64,000 bases of DNA, taken from positions 39,786,777 to 39,850,776 of the forward strand of contig NC_092390.1 of the NCBI RefSeq assembly GCF_030028105.1, read 5' to 3'. Numbering within the stretch: the first letter of the stretch is position 1; each line of letters starts with the position of its first letter. The stretch is from Mobula birostris. Its lineage: Eukaryota. A program made the translations under genes and the position numbers. Of this stretch, positions 24,440 to 38,334 are shown one piece after another. Under the pieces are notes generated by a model that had not been told where the DNA came from, made no database searches, and was given only the letters and a program-made list of their open reading frames with translations.

Positions 24440-24640
24440 AGTCAGCTAAAGACTTGAGGAGTTCTTGCCAGTCACTTGGCCAATGTTTCTTCTCAATCGA
24501 CATCCCATGGCTGTTACTATATTACTGTTTCCTGTGATTAGACTAGCTGTGGTGTGTCCGATGTAGACTACATTTTCAAAGTGTAAGAAGCCTTGGGACA
24601 TTTAGAAATGTGCGATAAAAATGCAGGTCTTTATTTTGTT
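24440..24640 (+). mobile_element. Deu-domain SINE remnant (SacSINE1/AmnSINE-like)
   Basis: gagttcttgccagtcacttggccaatgtttcttctcaatcgacatc and tail actaca..aagccttgggacat..aaaaatgcaggtcttt resemble the DeuSINE consensus as recalled. A weaker copy lies at ~18865-18950. Confidence 0.5.
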
Positions 24641-25494
24641 AACTGGAGCTCGAGTTCCTTGGCATGATCTTTTTACATATTTTTGGCAGCCGCTAGCTGT
24701 GCTCAAGCTAATGTGCTCAGCAATATAGCAGCTGCGAGATTTATGCCATGCTCATCAGTCACCATATTGGAACTAAATTGGCACCTGGAATGCTACAAAA
24801 ACATGTGAATCGTGCCAAAATTTGCAGATAGCATAATAATAAGTTCTGATTTATATTGCAAAATCCCTTACATTTTGAATTTAATGATGAATGCTTTGTT
24901 GTCATTTAATGAAGGCTGGTAAAAATAAAACTTCACTGCACTTGATCCACAACTATCCAAATGTTGGCAGCTTGACATGGCATAATTGGAATTTGGCACA
25001 GGGGATGATTAGTTAACCCCTTGCATGTCCTCCACTGTTCAGTGAAGAGGAGGATGTTGCTTGATTTTATATTAATGTTTTTATCCGTGGTAAGAGTTTC
25101 TAGTGTCGTAGAATATCAAATGTGCCAATAACATGGACATAGAACATGGGACTGTGCAGCACAAGAAAGGCCCTTTGCTCTGCAATGTTGTACTGAACTA
25201 AGCAAACTGATAAATTCCTAGCCAAATTAAATTCTCATGCCTACACAATGCCCATATCCTTCCATTCGCTGCCATTCTTTTCCTTCTTGATTTTGTTGCT
25301 ATTTGGAGGAGAAGAATTTCAGAGTTGTATACTTTGATAATAAATGAACCTTTGAACCTTCCTTGCCTCTCTCAGTAACTTAAGCTATATCCCATTGGGC
25401 CCTGAGGACTCATCCACCTTAATATTCTTTTAAAGACCCAACTACTTCATACCTCTTTCTTTATCTCAAAGTGCCCAAACGTATTAGCACAATC

Positions 25495-25600
25495 CACACA
25501 AAATGCTGGAGGAACACAGTGGGCCAGGCAGCATCCATGGAAAAGAATAAACAGTTGATATTTCAGGCTGAGATCCTTCATCAGAGCTGGAAAGGAAGAG
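25495..25600 (-). repeat. Terminal-repeat fragment of an older PLE family
   Basis: cacaaaatgctggaggaac..ggcagcatc..tttcaggctgagatccttcatcag (antisense hammerhead-like core). Confidence 0.6.
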
Positions 25601-25895
25601 GTGAAGTCAGATCTTGATGCTTAGGTACCAGCTGTGAGCTTACTTCAGCCATGACTCATGCTTCCCACGACCTCCCTCGCATCCTCCACCTCCAAGCACA
25701 TGTTTCTTCCTTTATCCTTTAGGGCTCCTTTATTCTTGAGTGGTGCAACCCACTCCCTAGTTATCCTTTTGTTCTTGATGTATGTATAGAATGCCTTGGG
25801 ATTGTCTTTAATCCTATGTAGTAAGGACTTTTCATTGCCCCTCCCAGCTCTACGAATTCCTTCTTGAGTTCTGTTCTAATTTCTTTATAATAACC

Positions 25896-26340
25896 ATATA
25901 ACCATATAACCATATAACAATTACAGCACGGAAACAGGCCATCTCGGCCCTTCTAGTCCATGCCCAGCTCCTACTCTCACCTAGTCCCACCGACCTGCAC
26001 TCGGTCCATAACCCTCCATTCCCTTCCTGTCCATATGTCTATCCAATTTAACTTTAAACGACAACATCGAACCTGCCTCAACAACTTCTGCTGGAAGCTC
26101 GTTCCACACAGCCACCACTCTCTGAGTAAAGACGTTCCCCCTCATGTTACCCCTAAACTTTTGCTCTTTAACTCTCAACTCATGTCCTCTTGTTTGAATC
26201 TCCCCGCCCATTGAAAAAGCCTACCCACATCAACTCTATCAATCCTTCTCATAATTTTAAACACCTCTATCAAGTCCCCCCCTCAACCTTCTACGCTCCA
26301 AAGAATAAAGGCCTAACTTGTTCAACCTTTCTCTGTAAAT
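25896..26340 (-). mobile_element. Young CR1 3' end, near-identical to the end of 34040-36553
   Basis: (taaccata)n tail; GEIQTRGHELRVK.QKFRGNMRGN.FTQRVVAVWNELP. Older CR1 debris continues to ~27000. Confidence 0.85.
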
Positions 26341-27512
26341 TAGGAGATCTGCCCCATTTGATTTTAGCTTCCTAAACCTTATATTGTATATGCTTCATTT
26401 TACTTCTAGACTAAATTCATCACCCCTCCCAGCATATAAGGTTCTCTTAACTTGCCATCCTTGTCTTTCCTACTGACTGGAACATACTTGTTCTGTACTC
26501 TGTGCAGTTGGTCTTTAAGTACCCTTCGCATGTCAGATGAGGACTTGCCCAAAAATAGCTGTTACCAATTAACTCTTCTAGTAATTGCCTAATACTCTTG
26601 TAATTTGACTTGCTTTAATTATATACTCTCCTACAAGATAATTCTTATCTATTGTCTTAAAACTTAATGCGTGCATGTATGTTCTTGCCGTAGACCTAAA
26701 TGCTATAAACACCACCTGGCTGTCAAATAGCTTTGGCAGTTTAACAGCCAAATTGGTCAGGCACTCATTGCCAACAAAGTGCAGGGAGGCCATGAGATGC
26801 CTGTGGTTGGAGGGGTAATGCTCAATGAGGGCTCTGAACAAAGTGGTTTCCTTCCTCATTGCACCTTCAATCCCTTTTGCCACTTCCAAAATTCTCACCA
26901 ACCCAAGTGGGTTTTATTCCCCCCATACCTAATGGCTGCTGTTTTCACTGCCTTTCACTGGCTCCATACTGGAGAAAACGTTGAGCAAGGATGTCCCAGG
27001 TGCCAGGCTGCATTGTTTTGCCTACCTATAGAGAGGGCAAAGCACCAAAGACATTAGGTAATTCAGGAAGTCTTTGCCTCACCCAATTACATGCAAGGTG
27101 GATATTTGTCTCTGTTTATGGCATTCTGAAGTTTGTTGATCGGTATTCTGGACAAGAATGTTTGCTATGGCCCAAGTGCTGAGAGAGAAAGAGAGAGAGG
27201 TGCTGAAGTTGATCAACAGTTCACTGACTTTTAACAGGAACTGTGAAGAAAAAGAGGAAAAAACAATTAACACTAGGCCAACAGGGCCATTAATCATAAC
27301 TTTCAAACTAAAGCCAAAACTGATACTACAGCTTGGCAGTAGTAGCTTAATACTAAACAAATACTGCTCCTTAACATCGTCAGTTTGAACTCTAGTCTTC
27401 TGCCAGAACCAGGACAACAGTAAGCAGGGAGTGTTGACATTGCTGTGCCTTTGGTCAAGTCTTGACAAGACTGGAACAAGAGGGAGTTAAAAACCACCAT
27501 GGTGAAACACTA

Positions 27513-27725
27513 GCAACACACATCAAAGTTGCTGGTGAACGCAGCAGGTCTGGCAGCATCTCTAGGGAGAGGTACAGTCGATGTTTTGGGCCGAGACCCT
27601 TTGTCAGGTCACGGTCCGAAACGTTGACTGTACCTCTTCCTAGGGATGCTGCCTGGCCTGCTGCGTTCACCAGCAACTTTGATGTGTGTTGCTTGAATTT
27701 CCAGCATCTGCAGAATTCCTCATGT
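27513..27725 (-). mobile_element. PLE insertion made only of two inverted terminal repeats (hairpin)
   Basis: Arms ~27513-27600 and ~27611-27695 are reverse complements. TSD ATGGTGAAACACTA at 27499-27512 and 27726-27739. Confidence 0.88.
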
Positions 27726-27739
27726 ATGGTGAAACACTA

Positions 27740-30700
27740 ATTGGCTGGAAAGTGTATACTCATGAGCGTGATTGCCAAAGCCATTCTACAGCCAGCCGGT
27801 GAGCGCACGCAATCCGCGGCAGATTCCGTGGCTGTGACAAGACCAACCTCCTTAGGCGCAGCTCCCGAGGCACAGACGTCCTGGATGGAAGACTTTTCCA
27901 GGATATCATGGGCTAAATCTGAAGGCCATTCCCATCCCATTCCATGAGATTCTGGACCCTGCCCCGCAGCTAGGAGGCGCTGCACAGAATAAATTAGCGA
28001 CCCATCCACCAAGCGGTGAGGAGGGGAAGGCGGGTATGCCTGGAGCCAGGGGGGAGGTAGTCACCAGCTTGAGCTGGGAAACATGGAACAATGGAATCTT
28101 CATTGACAATGGTAGGCACAATCTATATGAAACCTTGTTGATAACCTTCTCCACCACAAATAGTCCCATGTTGCATGAGGCCAACTAACTTAGGAAGAGA
28201 GAAATGAAGTGGGCAGCCTTGAAGAATTCGTCCATAACCACCAGAATGGTAGTGTTTCCATTGGGGGGGGGGGGGTGTAGACCAGAGATAAAATCTACTG
28301 AGAGTAGGGATTAAGGGCAGGAGGCACATGCCACAGATGGAACAGACCTGTAAGGCGCTGATGTGACATCTTGTTCTGAGCACAAATGGGACATGCAGAG
28401 ATGACGTTGTGGATATCCTGGGACATCGATAGTCACCAATATTGCCTCTTGATACATTCCAGGGCCTGTAGAATTCCTGGATGTACAGATGACAAAGTTC
28501 AAAGTGCATTTATTATCGATATATACCTATAAACAACTTTGAAATCCGCCCCCTTGCAGGCAGCACAAAACAAAGAAGCCCAAAATAACCCATTTTAAAA
28601 AAGAAGTCCCTCAAACACCAAATGTGCAGAAAAAAGAACAAATCCTGCAAACAATAAAAGTAACCAAATAACATTGAGAACTGAAGTTCACGAAAGCGAG
28701 CCCACAATCACGAAGCCAGTCATCATTGCAGCTGGTCTAGGAGTCTGTTAGTTGCAGACCACAGCCTTAGTTCAGTGCAGAGATGACTAAACCTCGTGAG
28801 CAGTGAGCTGTTCACTGGCCCATCCCTGTCTCTCGCCCCAACACCCAAATATTTTCAATCTGGTCCAGCACTTAAATTGGCCAAACAGTGGGTCCTTACT
28901 TCAATATGTTTTTGGGACCGGGCTCCGCTGCCTCAAATTGGCTCATACATGCCATGCGCTTTTGAGACGTCTGTTCTCATCACAAAAATGCCAGGTCTTA
29001 CAGGCAGTTCAAAAGTTCAACTCGGAAAGGGAAGTACAGGCTATTGATTTCAGTGGTTGTGTTTGAGAAAAAATGTGTTTAGTAATGTAGTTAGTAGTTT
29101 TGTTTGCTGTTGGCAAGTCGTCGCTGTGTTTCACCAGCACCATCATAAAGTGGAAGATCTAAAATCTGAATGTCCAATCAGATGGGAGGAGTCAACTTAT
29201 TACCACTCTGAGCTGCAGGGACAAACAGCCAGTTGGGAGGTTCCCCACCTGGGCCTGGATCCTAGAGGCCGTTATGTCTGCCTCTATTCCCCAAATCATC
29301 GGAGCAGCAATGCACGAGCATGGAAGGGTGGGCTCTGTATGTGCATTGTCCTCAGACATGTGGAACTGCTGGGAGAGAGAGCATTGGCCTTGGTATTCTT
29401 GTTGCTGCGATGGCAGGTGACGGTGAAATTAAATTGGGTGAACAAGAGATCTTAACGGGTTGACAAGAGTTGAGTCACTTGGTGCCCTAAACTTAGGAGA
29501 CGTTCTTGTGATCTATCCAAACCAAAACGGGGTGCTCTGCCCCCTCCAGCCAGAGCTTCCATGGCCTCCTTGACAACCAGAAGTATTTTTGATTTCAGCA
29601 TTGTGGTTACACTCAGCAGCAGTCAAGTGAGAGGAGGGAAAGGCACAGAGGTGCAACCAGTTATCTGCAGAAGAGCACCGGCAGAACACAGCTCCAATGA
29701 CAGCTCCACAGCTCCTTGATGGTGAATGGATGGGATGGGTCTGGGTGATGCAGCATCGGAGCATTGGTGAAGCGTCACTTTGGTTCCGAGAAGGCTTGAT
29801 CTGCTTCATTTGTCCTGCAGAGGTCTTTTTCATGAGGGCATTTATGGGGGCTGTGATGGAACTGAAGTTTCCGATGAAGTGGAGATAAATTTTGGAAACC
29901 CCAAGAAGCACCTCATCTCTTTGACTATAGGTGGTTTGGGCCACTCTGTGACTGCCTGAACTTTCACTGGTCTATTTGAACACTGAAAGGTGTGAGGACA
30001 TAACTCTCGAAACAACACCTGCTCCTTGTGGAGCTCACACTCCTCTGGCTTGGCATAAATATTATTCTCAAGTGGCTATCTAGGAACCTTCTGGACATGT
30101 GAAATGTGTTCCTGGTGAGAACGGGAATAGATCAGAATGTCATCCCAGTGCAAGAAAGCGAACTGATTCAATATGTCCCTGAGCACATCATTGACCAGGG
30201 CATGACAAACAGTGGGTTTGTTGACCAGATCAAAAAAGCATTATGAGATACTCATTGTCACCAGTGGAGGTGTTGAAGGCTGTCTTCCACATGCCCCCCA
30301 CATGGATACGAATCAGGTTATAAGCATTGCACAGATCCATCTTGGAAAATATAGTCAACACACACAAAATGCTGGAAAGTATGGTTGCTCGTTGGAGATG
30401 TTTGAACACAGAAGCAAGCAGGGGAAGAGGGCAGCAGTTCTTCAGACTGATGTTGTTGAGGAGCCAATAATCATTGCAAAAACAGACCTTGTCATCCCTC
30501 CTGCTCACAGAAAATAAGCTCACCCTTGCTGATGATGTGGATGGATATATAAACCCTAAGGCCAATGTCCCCTTGATGTACTCTTCCATGGCTATGACAT
30601 CAGGACAAGAGAGGGAAAAGTGTCAGCCCGGGGAGGACTAGTATCTGGTAAGAAGTCAATGGCACAGTCATAAGGCTGGTGTGGAGGCAGTGAGATGACC

Positions 30701-31830
30701 TTTTTACTGAAGACCTCAAGAAGATTTGCATATTCAGCCAGAATGCCAGACAGGTCCACCCTAGCAGTTGACACAGAAGGGGATTCGCGGATAAGGGCTT
30801 GAGCTTGACCCAGATGGGTAGACAGGCATCTAGTTCCCACTCTTGGAATGCATTTAGGGACCAGTCAGTCAATGGGTTGTGTTGAGATAACTAGGGAAGG
30901 TCAAGCATCTGCGGCAGTTCAGGCAAATCAACCAGATAGAAGGAGACAACGAAGGGTCTCGGCCTGAAACATCCACCGTACCTCTTCCTAGAGATGCTGC
31001 CTGGCCTGCTGCGTTCACCAGCAACTTTGATGTGTGTTGCAGATAGAAGGATAGATGTACTCTATGGTTGCCTTATAGCAAAGTTGAGTATATTCTGTGG
31101 AAAGTTGGTTCTGAGAGGCTGACCATCCAGGGCCTCAATTGCTGAGTTGGAACTTTCTATTTCTGAGTTCGAGAGATATCCATGAGGTTCCCAGCTGCCC
31201 TGGAGTCAATAAATGCCTGAAGCTCATGGGTCTAAGATCCCCATGACAAGAAAAATTCTGTCAGAACTCCCCTTCCTGCAGACAGGCATCCTCTTTTACT
31301 GGATGTATGGGACATGAAGACCAGAGGTGTCATGGATCACCACAACAGAGGCAGGAATCAGTTCTCCTGTTCCGATCTGAGATAAGTACATGTACCCTAC
31401 CTGTATCGACTGTGTGATGCGGGAGAGGATACAGAAAAATGGTAATCTAAGGAGTAGGTAGCTCAGGGCATCCTTTCTCGGCACCTCTCAGTTGTCTGGT
31501 TATCAATTCAAGTGGCCAAATTAATCAGGTCATACAGGCTGTCCTACTTTTCTTGTACCGCAATCCCAAACCGAATCTCTGCGCTCAGTGTCCGCTGGAA
31601 AACAATGATGAGGCATCTTTCATTCCACCTCATCTCCACTGTGAGCTTGCCGATTTAACTGCATAGTCCCTCACTGTCCCTCTTCCTTGGTGCAGGTTGA
31701 GGAATCAATGAGCAATGAGACAATGATCCCTCATCATTGTCTTCCTGACCCCATAATGGAAGATTAAACACTCTCTTGAACTTGACAACAAGTTGCCAAA
31801 AAAATGGCTTGGTTGCAGGGACTCACCCAC
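27740..31830 (-). mobile_element. Decayed Ty3/Gypsy chromovirus-type LTR retrotransposon (gag-PR-RT-RNaseH-IN-chromo)
   Basis: Minus strand in order: LNLHQGRGTVRDYAVK (gag), AFIDSRAAGNLMD (protease), [33 protein letters not shown] (RT), LHLCAF.S..LTAAE (RNase H), SYRLCLP..FHVSQLK (GPY/F), chromodomain-like end. Probable LTR start TGTCA at 27839. Foreign inserts at ~28495-29480 and 30945-31040. Confidence 0.8.
30945..31040 (+). mobile_element. 96-bp PLE terminal-repeat insertion in the Gypsy protease region
   Basis: Ends ..gatgtgtgttgc. TSD CAGATAGAAGGA at 30933-30944 and 31040-31051. Confidence 0.85.
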
Positions 31831-31849
31831 TAGGAAACGTCCTCTCTAC

Positions 31850-32700
31850 ATCCACTCTAGGTAGGCCTTCCAATGTCTAATAGGTTTCAATGAGATCCCT
31901 TCCCATTCTTCTAAACTCTAGCAAATACAGGCCCAGAGCCACAAACACACCTCATACATTAAACCTTTCATTCCTGGAATCATTCTCATGAACTACCTCT
32001 GGATCCTCTCCAATGACAGCACATCTTTTCTTGGATAAGGGGCTCAAAACTGCTCACAATATTCCAAGTGTGGTCTGACCTAAGCCTTATAAAGCCTCAG
32101 CATTACGTTCTTACTTTTGTATTCTAGTCCTCTTGAAATGGATACTAACATTACATTTGATTTTTCTTACCATTGACTCAACCTGCGCGTTAGCTTTCAA
32201 GGAATCCTGCACAATGACTCTTAAGTCTCTTTGCACCTCTGATTTTTGAATTTTTTGCCCAATTAGAAAATAGACTATGTCTTTACTCCTTTTACTAAAG
32301 TCCATGACCATACACTTCCCGACACAATATTCCATCTGTCACTTTTTTGCTCATTTTTCCAGTCCTTCTGCAGACTCCAACTCCCTCAACACCATCTGCC
32401 TTTCCAGCTACCTTAGTATCATCTGCAAACCTGTCCACAAAGCCATCACCTCCGTCATCCAAATAATTGACATATAATGTGAGTAGAAGTAGTCCCCACA
32501 CTGACCCCTGCAGAACAGCTCTGGCCACCAGCAGCCAACCAGAAAAGGCCCCCTCTATTCCCACTCTTTGCCTCCTGCCAGTCAGCCAATTCATGGTAGT
32601 GTCTTTCCTATAAGACCATGGGCTCTTAATCGTGTTAAGCAGCCTCCTGTGTGAAACCTTGTCAAAGGCCTTCTGAGTAATCCAAGAGAACAACTTCTCC
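31850..32700 (-). mobile_element. Decayed CR1 RT-to-3' fragment
   Basis: QKAFDKVSHRRLL, WLTGRRQRVGI, RFADDTKV, VQRDLRVIVQDSLK. Confidence 0.8.
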
Positions 32701-33274
32701 TTTGTGTATCCTGCTTGTTATTTCCTCAAAGAATTCCAAAAGATTTCAGTGAGAGCTTGAAAACAAGAGAGCTGAGATCAAGGCTTCATTGAATGTCAAA
32801 GCCCATCTTTTTGCAGCAGCTGGCCATCAATGCTGGGTGTAGCTGTGCTCTGTATCTGAATGCACCATGTTGAAGTGTTGGGAGCTCGTCTTCCAGTGGG
32901 ATATTGGCTCCTGGACCACGTTGGGAAAAACGGCATAGTCCAGGGTAAGGTACGCTTACACTTGGTGCACTGGGAGATCATCTTCGTATTACCTGCACAG
33001 TATTTTACTCTGAACTCTTTTCTTCAATTCACTTTTTGGACATGGGTATTGTTGCTAAGGTTACTTTGCCACTCATCATTCCTGATCTAAATGCTGTTCA
33101 GTCATTGCTGAATGTAGGCATAGATTCAGAAGCTAGAATGGAACTGCTCATCGTGCAACCATCAGCAGGCAGCCCTCTTTCAACATGTTGATATTGGAAT
33201 GGCAAAGCAGCTAACGATTGACTGGTGCAAGGCACCATCCTTATTAACTCCTACAGCTCTCTACTGAGATTAGA

Positions 33275-33650
33275 CTACTGAATATTGAAAGGCCTAGACA
33301 GAGTCGACATGAAATGGATGATCCCTATAGTGGGAGAGTCGAGGACCAGAAAACACAACCTCAGAGTAGAAGGTTGTCCATTTAGAACAGAGATGAACAG
33401 GAATTTTTTCAGCCAGAGGATGGTGAATCTGTGGAATTCATTGCCACAGACAGCTGTGGAGGCCAAGTCATTCTGATATTTAAACTGGAGTTTCATAGTT
33501 ATTTAATTAAGAATGGCATTAAGGGTTATGGGGAGAAGGAAGGAGAATAGGGTTGAGAGGGGAAAATAAATCAGCTATGTTTGAATAACAGAGCAGACTT
33601 GATGCATTGAATGGCCTAATTCTTATCTATGTTTTATTGTCTTAATAACC
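33275..33650 (+). mobile_element. CR1 3' end
   Basis: KGLDRVD...FFSQRMVNLWNSLP followed by a 3' UTR. Confidence 0.8.
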
Positions 33651-34039
33651 CTTACTAGCTCTTTTTGTTTTTCCTTTTTAAAACTTGGTTTAAAGTTGAC
33701 TTTTATGATTAACTGTTTAAATACCCTCTTACATGACTTCATTAGATAAAGCTCCATTTAAGTCCCTCAAGATCTTTTAATTAAAGGCACAAAAGAAGCA
33801 AATTATATTTGCTGTTGTTAATAATACATGCTGAATGTGATTAAGACATTTCAATGGAAGACTGGATTTGGAAAACTTTTTGATTGGTTCGCTAAATAAC
33901 TTACAAATTATTTAATAAGTGATTTTAAATGGATATGTAAGTTCAACTACAGCTAATTGACATAAATGTTTATTGCAATGTAATGACCAAAAATCTTATT
34001 GTCTGGAAAATTGGACTAATAAGAATGGAGATTTAAGAC

Positions 34040-36553
34040 TTAGCAGATATTTGATATTTGTAGTAGCAGATAACAGGTATTTGTAGTAAGCACAAGGTTG
34101 TGATTGTGGGAGATATTAACTTTCCACACATACTGTATGGAAGCCCATACTGTAAAAGGGCTAGATGGTTTGGAGTTTGTAAAATGTGTGCAGGATAGCT
34201 TTTTTGCAGCAATACATAGAGGTACCAACTAGAGAAGGGGCAGTGTTGGATTTGCTGTTAAGGAATGAGATTGGTCAGGTGACGGAGGTATGTGTTGGGG
34301 AGCACTTCGGGTCCAGTGATCACATTGCCATTAGTTTCAATATAATTATGGAGAAGGATAGGTCTGGACCCAGGGTTGAGATTTTCGATTGGAGAAAGGC
34401 TAACTTTGAGGAGATGCGAAAGGATTTAGAGGGAGTGGGTTGGGATAAATTGTTTTATGGGAAGGATGTAATAGAGAAATGGAGGTAATTTAAAGGTGAA
34501 ATTTTGAGGGTACAGAATCTTTATGTTCCTGTTAGATTGAAAGGAAAGGTTAAAAGTTTGAGAGAGCCATGGTTTTCAAGGGATATTGGAAACCTGGTTC
34601 GGAAAAAGAGAGATATCTACAATTAATATAGGCAGCATAGAGTAAATGAGGTGCTCGAGGAATATAAAGAATGTAAAAAGAATCTTAAGAAAGAAATTAG
34701 AAAAGCTAAAAGAAGATACGAGGTTGCTTTGGCAAGTAAGGTGAAAATAAACCCAAAGGGTTTCTACAGTTATATTAATAGCAAAAGAATAGTGAGGGAT
34801 AAAATTGGTCCCTTAGAGAATCAGAGTGGACAGCTATGTGTGGAACCAAAAGAGATGGGGGAGATTTTGAACAATTTCTTTTCTTTGCTATTCATTAAGG
34901 AGAAGGAAATTGAATTGTGTAAGGTAACAGAAACAGGTAGGGAAGTTAAGGAAACTATGATGATTAAAGAAAAGGAAGTACTGGTGCTTTTAAGGAATAT
35001 AAAAGTGGATAAGTCTCCGGGTCCTGACAGGATATTCCCTAGGACCTTGAGGGACGTTAGTGTAGAAATAGCAGAGGCTCTGACAGAAATATTTCAAATG
35101 TCATTAGAAACGGGGATGGTGCCGGAGGATTGGCGTATTGCTCATGTTGTTTTATTGTTTAAAAAGGGTTCTAAGAGTAAACCTAGCAATTATCGACCTT
35201 TGAGTTTGACATCAGTGGTGGGGAAATTGATGGAAAGTATTCTTAGAGATGGTATATATAATCACCCGGATAGACAAGGTCTGATTAGGAACAGTCAACA
35301 TGGATTTGTGCGTGGAAGGTCATGTTTGACAAATCTGAGGTTACTAGGAAAGTTGACGAGGGTAAAGTGGTGGATGTTGTCTATATGGACTTCAGTAAGG
35401 CCTTTGACAAGGTTCCACAAGGAAGGTTAGTTAGGAAAGTTCAATCGTTAGGTATTAATATTGAAGTAGTAAAATGGATTCAGCAGTGGCTGGATGGGAG
35501 ACGCCAGAGAGTAGTGGTGGATAACTGTTTGTCAGATTGGAGGCCGGTGACTAGTAGTGTGCCTCAGGGATCTGTACTGGGTCCAATGTTGTTTGTCATA
35601 TACATTAATGATCTGGATGATGGGGTGGTAAAGTGGATTAGTAAGTATGCAGATGATACTAAGATAGGTGGTGTTGTGGATAATGAAGTAGGTTTTCAAA
35701 GCTTGCAGAGGGATTTAGGTCAGTCAGAAGAGTGGGGGGAAAGATGGCAGATGGAGTTTAATACTGATAAATGTGAGGTGCTACATTTCAAAATCAAAAT
35801 AGGACATACATGGTAAATGGTAGGGCATTGAAGAATGCAGTAGAACAGAGGGATCTAGGAATTATGGTGCATAGTTCCCTGAAGGTGGAATCTCATGTGG
35901 ATAGGGTGGTGAAGAAAGCTTTTGGTATGCTGGCCTTTATAAATCAGAGCATTGAGTACAGGAGTTGGGATGTAATGTTAAAATTGTACAAGGCATTGGC
36001 AAGGCCAAGTTTGGAGTATTGTGTACAGCTCTGGTCACTGAATTATAGGAAAGATGTCAACAAAATAGAGACAGTACAGAGAAGATTTACTAGAATGTTA
36101 CCTGGGTTTCACACCTAATTACAGAGAAAGGTTGAATAAGTTGGGTCTTTATTCTTTGGAGCGTAGGAGGTTGAGGGGGGACTTAATAGAGGTATTTAAA
36201 ATTATGAGGGGGATAGATAGAGTTGATGTGGACAGGCTTTTTCCATTGAGAGTAGGGGAGATTCAAACAAGAGGACATGAGTTGAGAATTAGGGGGCAAA
36301 AGTTTAGGGGTAACATGAGGGGAACTTCTTTACTCAGAGAGTGGTAGCTGTGTGGAACGAGCTTCCAGCAGAAGTGGTTGAGGCAGGTTTGATATTGTCA
36401 TTTAAAGTAAAATTGGATAGCTATATGGACAGGAAAGGAATGGAGGGTTATGGGCTGAGTGCTGGTTGGTGGGACTAGGTGAGAGTAAGCGTTCGGCATG
36501 AACTAGAAGAGCCGAGATGGCCTGTTTCCGTGCTGTAATTGTTATATAGTTAC
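34040..36553 (+). mobile_element. Long, relatively young CR1 ORF2 (APE C-terminus plus RT), disabled
   Basis: PTREGAVLDLLL, GSSDH, KSPGPD, NYRPLSLTS, VYMDFSKAFDKV, VPQGSVLGP, KYADDTKIG. A stop at ~34486 and deletions at ~35335 and ~35790 break the ORF. It ends ~370 bp upstream of TdT exon 4. Confidence 0.93.
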
Positions 36554-36920
36554 TTAAGATATTATTGGTGATAAAGTATCGTGACAAAATTTATTAGGTT
36601 AGAAATTCATATAGAAAAGCTGTTCTAACTATATATTTTAAATGTTTATTAAAAATATGAATACACTAACATTTTCATTTTGTATCTTTACCTGTGATTG
36701 GATTCTTGAAAAGCATTAAAACTTTTAATTCTTCTTCTGACACATGCACACTTATTATTGGAACAAAATTTATTCAACAGATTTTATTGGATCATTACAG
36801 AAATTAAAAATCAGCTAATTTCAAAATGATGTATTGGTCAAAGTAAGTTACTTCATATCATGTCTGAAGATGTTACAATATTGTGTGGCTAGTTTTCGAG
36901 TGTTATTATTTGTTTTGCAG

Positions 36921-37091
36921 GATGCATTGGATATTTTGGCAGAAAACTGTGAGTTCAATGAAAGTTATGGCTCCTATGTGACATATTCAAGAGCAACATC
37001 ACTACTAAAATCACTTCCTTATCCAATAAGTGGAATGAATGACCTGGAGGATCTGCCCTGTTTTGGAGAACAGACAAGAACCATAATTGAG
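36921..37091 (+). CDS. DNTT: TdT coding exon (equivalent to exon 4; 8-kDa domain)
   Basis: Acceptor tttgttttgcag, donor gtacaa. 171 nt. Translates [57 protein letters not shown] (human TdT: [33 protein letters not shown]...IIE). Confidence 0.93.
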
Positions 37092-38262
37092 GTACAAAAT
37101 GTTGTAAAGAGTATTACAAGTCATAATATTCATCAAGTTGTATTATACATGCATACTTTGATAATAAAATGAATCTTTGAACCTATAATCCTTTGAACCT
37201 TTGAGCCCTATGCAATAACAGTGATTGACTATTATATATTTCTTCAACACAACCACATAAATTGGAAAGGATTGCATCTTAATTTTTTTCATTTATTAAA
37301 TATATATTTTTCCCTACAAATCTGAGTAAAATGCTGAGCATAAATAGTTAAATTAGTATTTCCACAGACCTTTAGTTTGCTGAGAACCTCAACCTTGTTG
37401 TGGTTTGGAGGTTTGCGTGCCTTAATGACTCAGAGAGCTATGTTGGCTGGATTCAGGGCTTTATCTGAATCAGAATCAGAATCACGTGTAATATCACTGG
37501 CATATGTTGTAAAATTTGTTATGCTTTGGCCCATGGCAAACAGGTCAAAGAGTAGAGGCCAGACTAAGAGTGGTCCACTGGTTCTCCAGGTTCATGGCTA
37601 ACAACCTTGACTAGTTAAATTAAACTGTTACGGAAACAGCAAAGAAGAATCCTTCTGAGTGTGATAATATTCCTGAGTCTCCACCCAGGACCTACACGGC
37701 TGACAGAAGTGTAAACCAAGAGGAAGCTACTGGCACGATGAAAGAAGCCAGAGATGGGGGAACTTCATTGCTGCCCTAAATGCCAGCAGCATAACGGGCA
37801 GTTTACGTAAATTAGCTTGAATAACACTCATGTTCAGCCCAGCCTGAACACTAACATATTACTTAACTTTGTAATATACCACATTTATACTTGCCCTTTA
37901 CACAGTACTCTGCAAAAAAAAAAAGAAAAGCAGCTGTCAAACTCTTCCCCTATGAGTCCACCTGGCTCTCCTGACATGAATTACCTCAAATCCCAATCCT
38001 TCAGGCTGGAGATACGCTGCCAGAGGCAGAGACTCTCACAACGTTTAAGTAGCTAGATGATCACTTGAATTTCCAAGGCACAAAAGGCTACAGATCAAGT
38101 GCAGATTTAATAGGATTAGGAAAGGCAGGTACAGGATAAACTGTGTTGACAGGGTGTGTCAAAGAGCCTATTTCTCTGCTATATGGCTCTCGTTCTATTT
38201 GGAATTACCAGCACAATTTTATGGCTTTCTGTTATTAACATTTATTTCGTGCTTTCATGCAG

Positions 38263-38334
38263 GATATTCTGGAAGAGGGCTCTTCCTCTAAAGTCAAGAA
38301 TTTGTTGCAGGATGAGAAATACAAAGCAAGAAAG
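38263..38334 (+). CDS. DNTT: TdT coding exon (equivalent to exon 5)
   Basis: Acceptor gctttcatgcag, donor gtaaat. 72 nt. Translates DILEEGSSSKVKNLLQDEKYKARK (human: [24 protein letters not shown]). Confidence 0.92.

Noticed and set aside
36834-37172. 112-aa ORF as a standalone gene (likewise 52314-52541)
   Set aside because: Read-through of intron sequence around real TdT exons.
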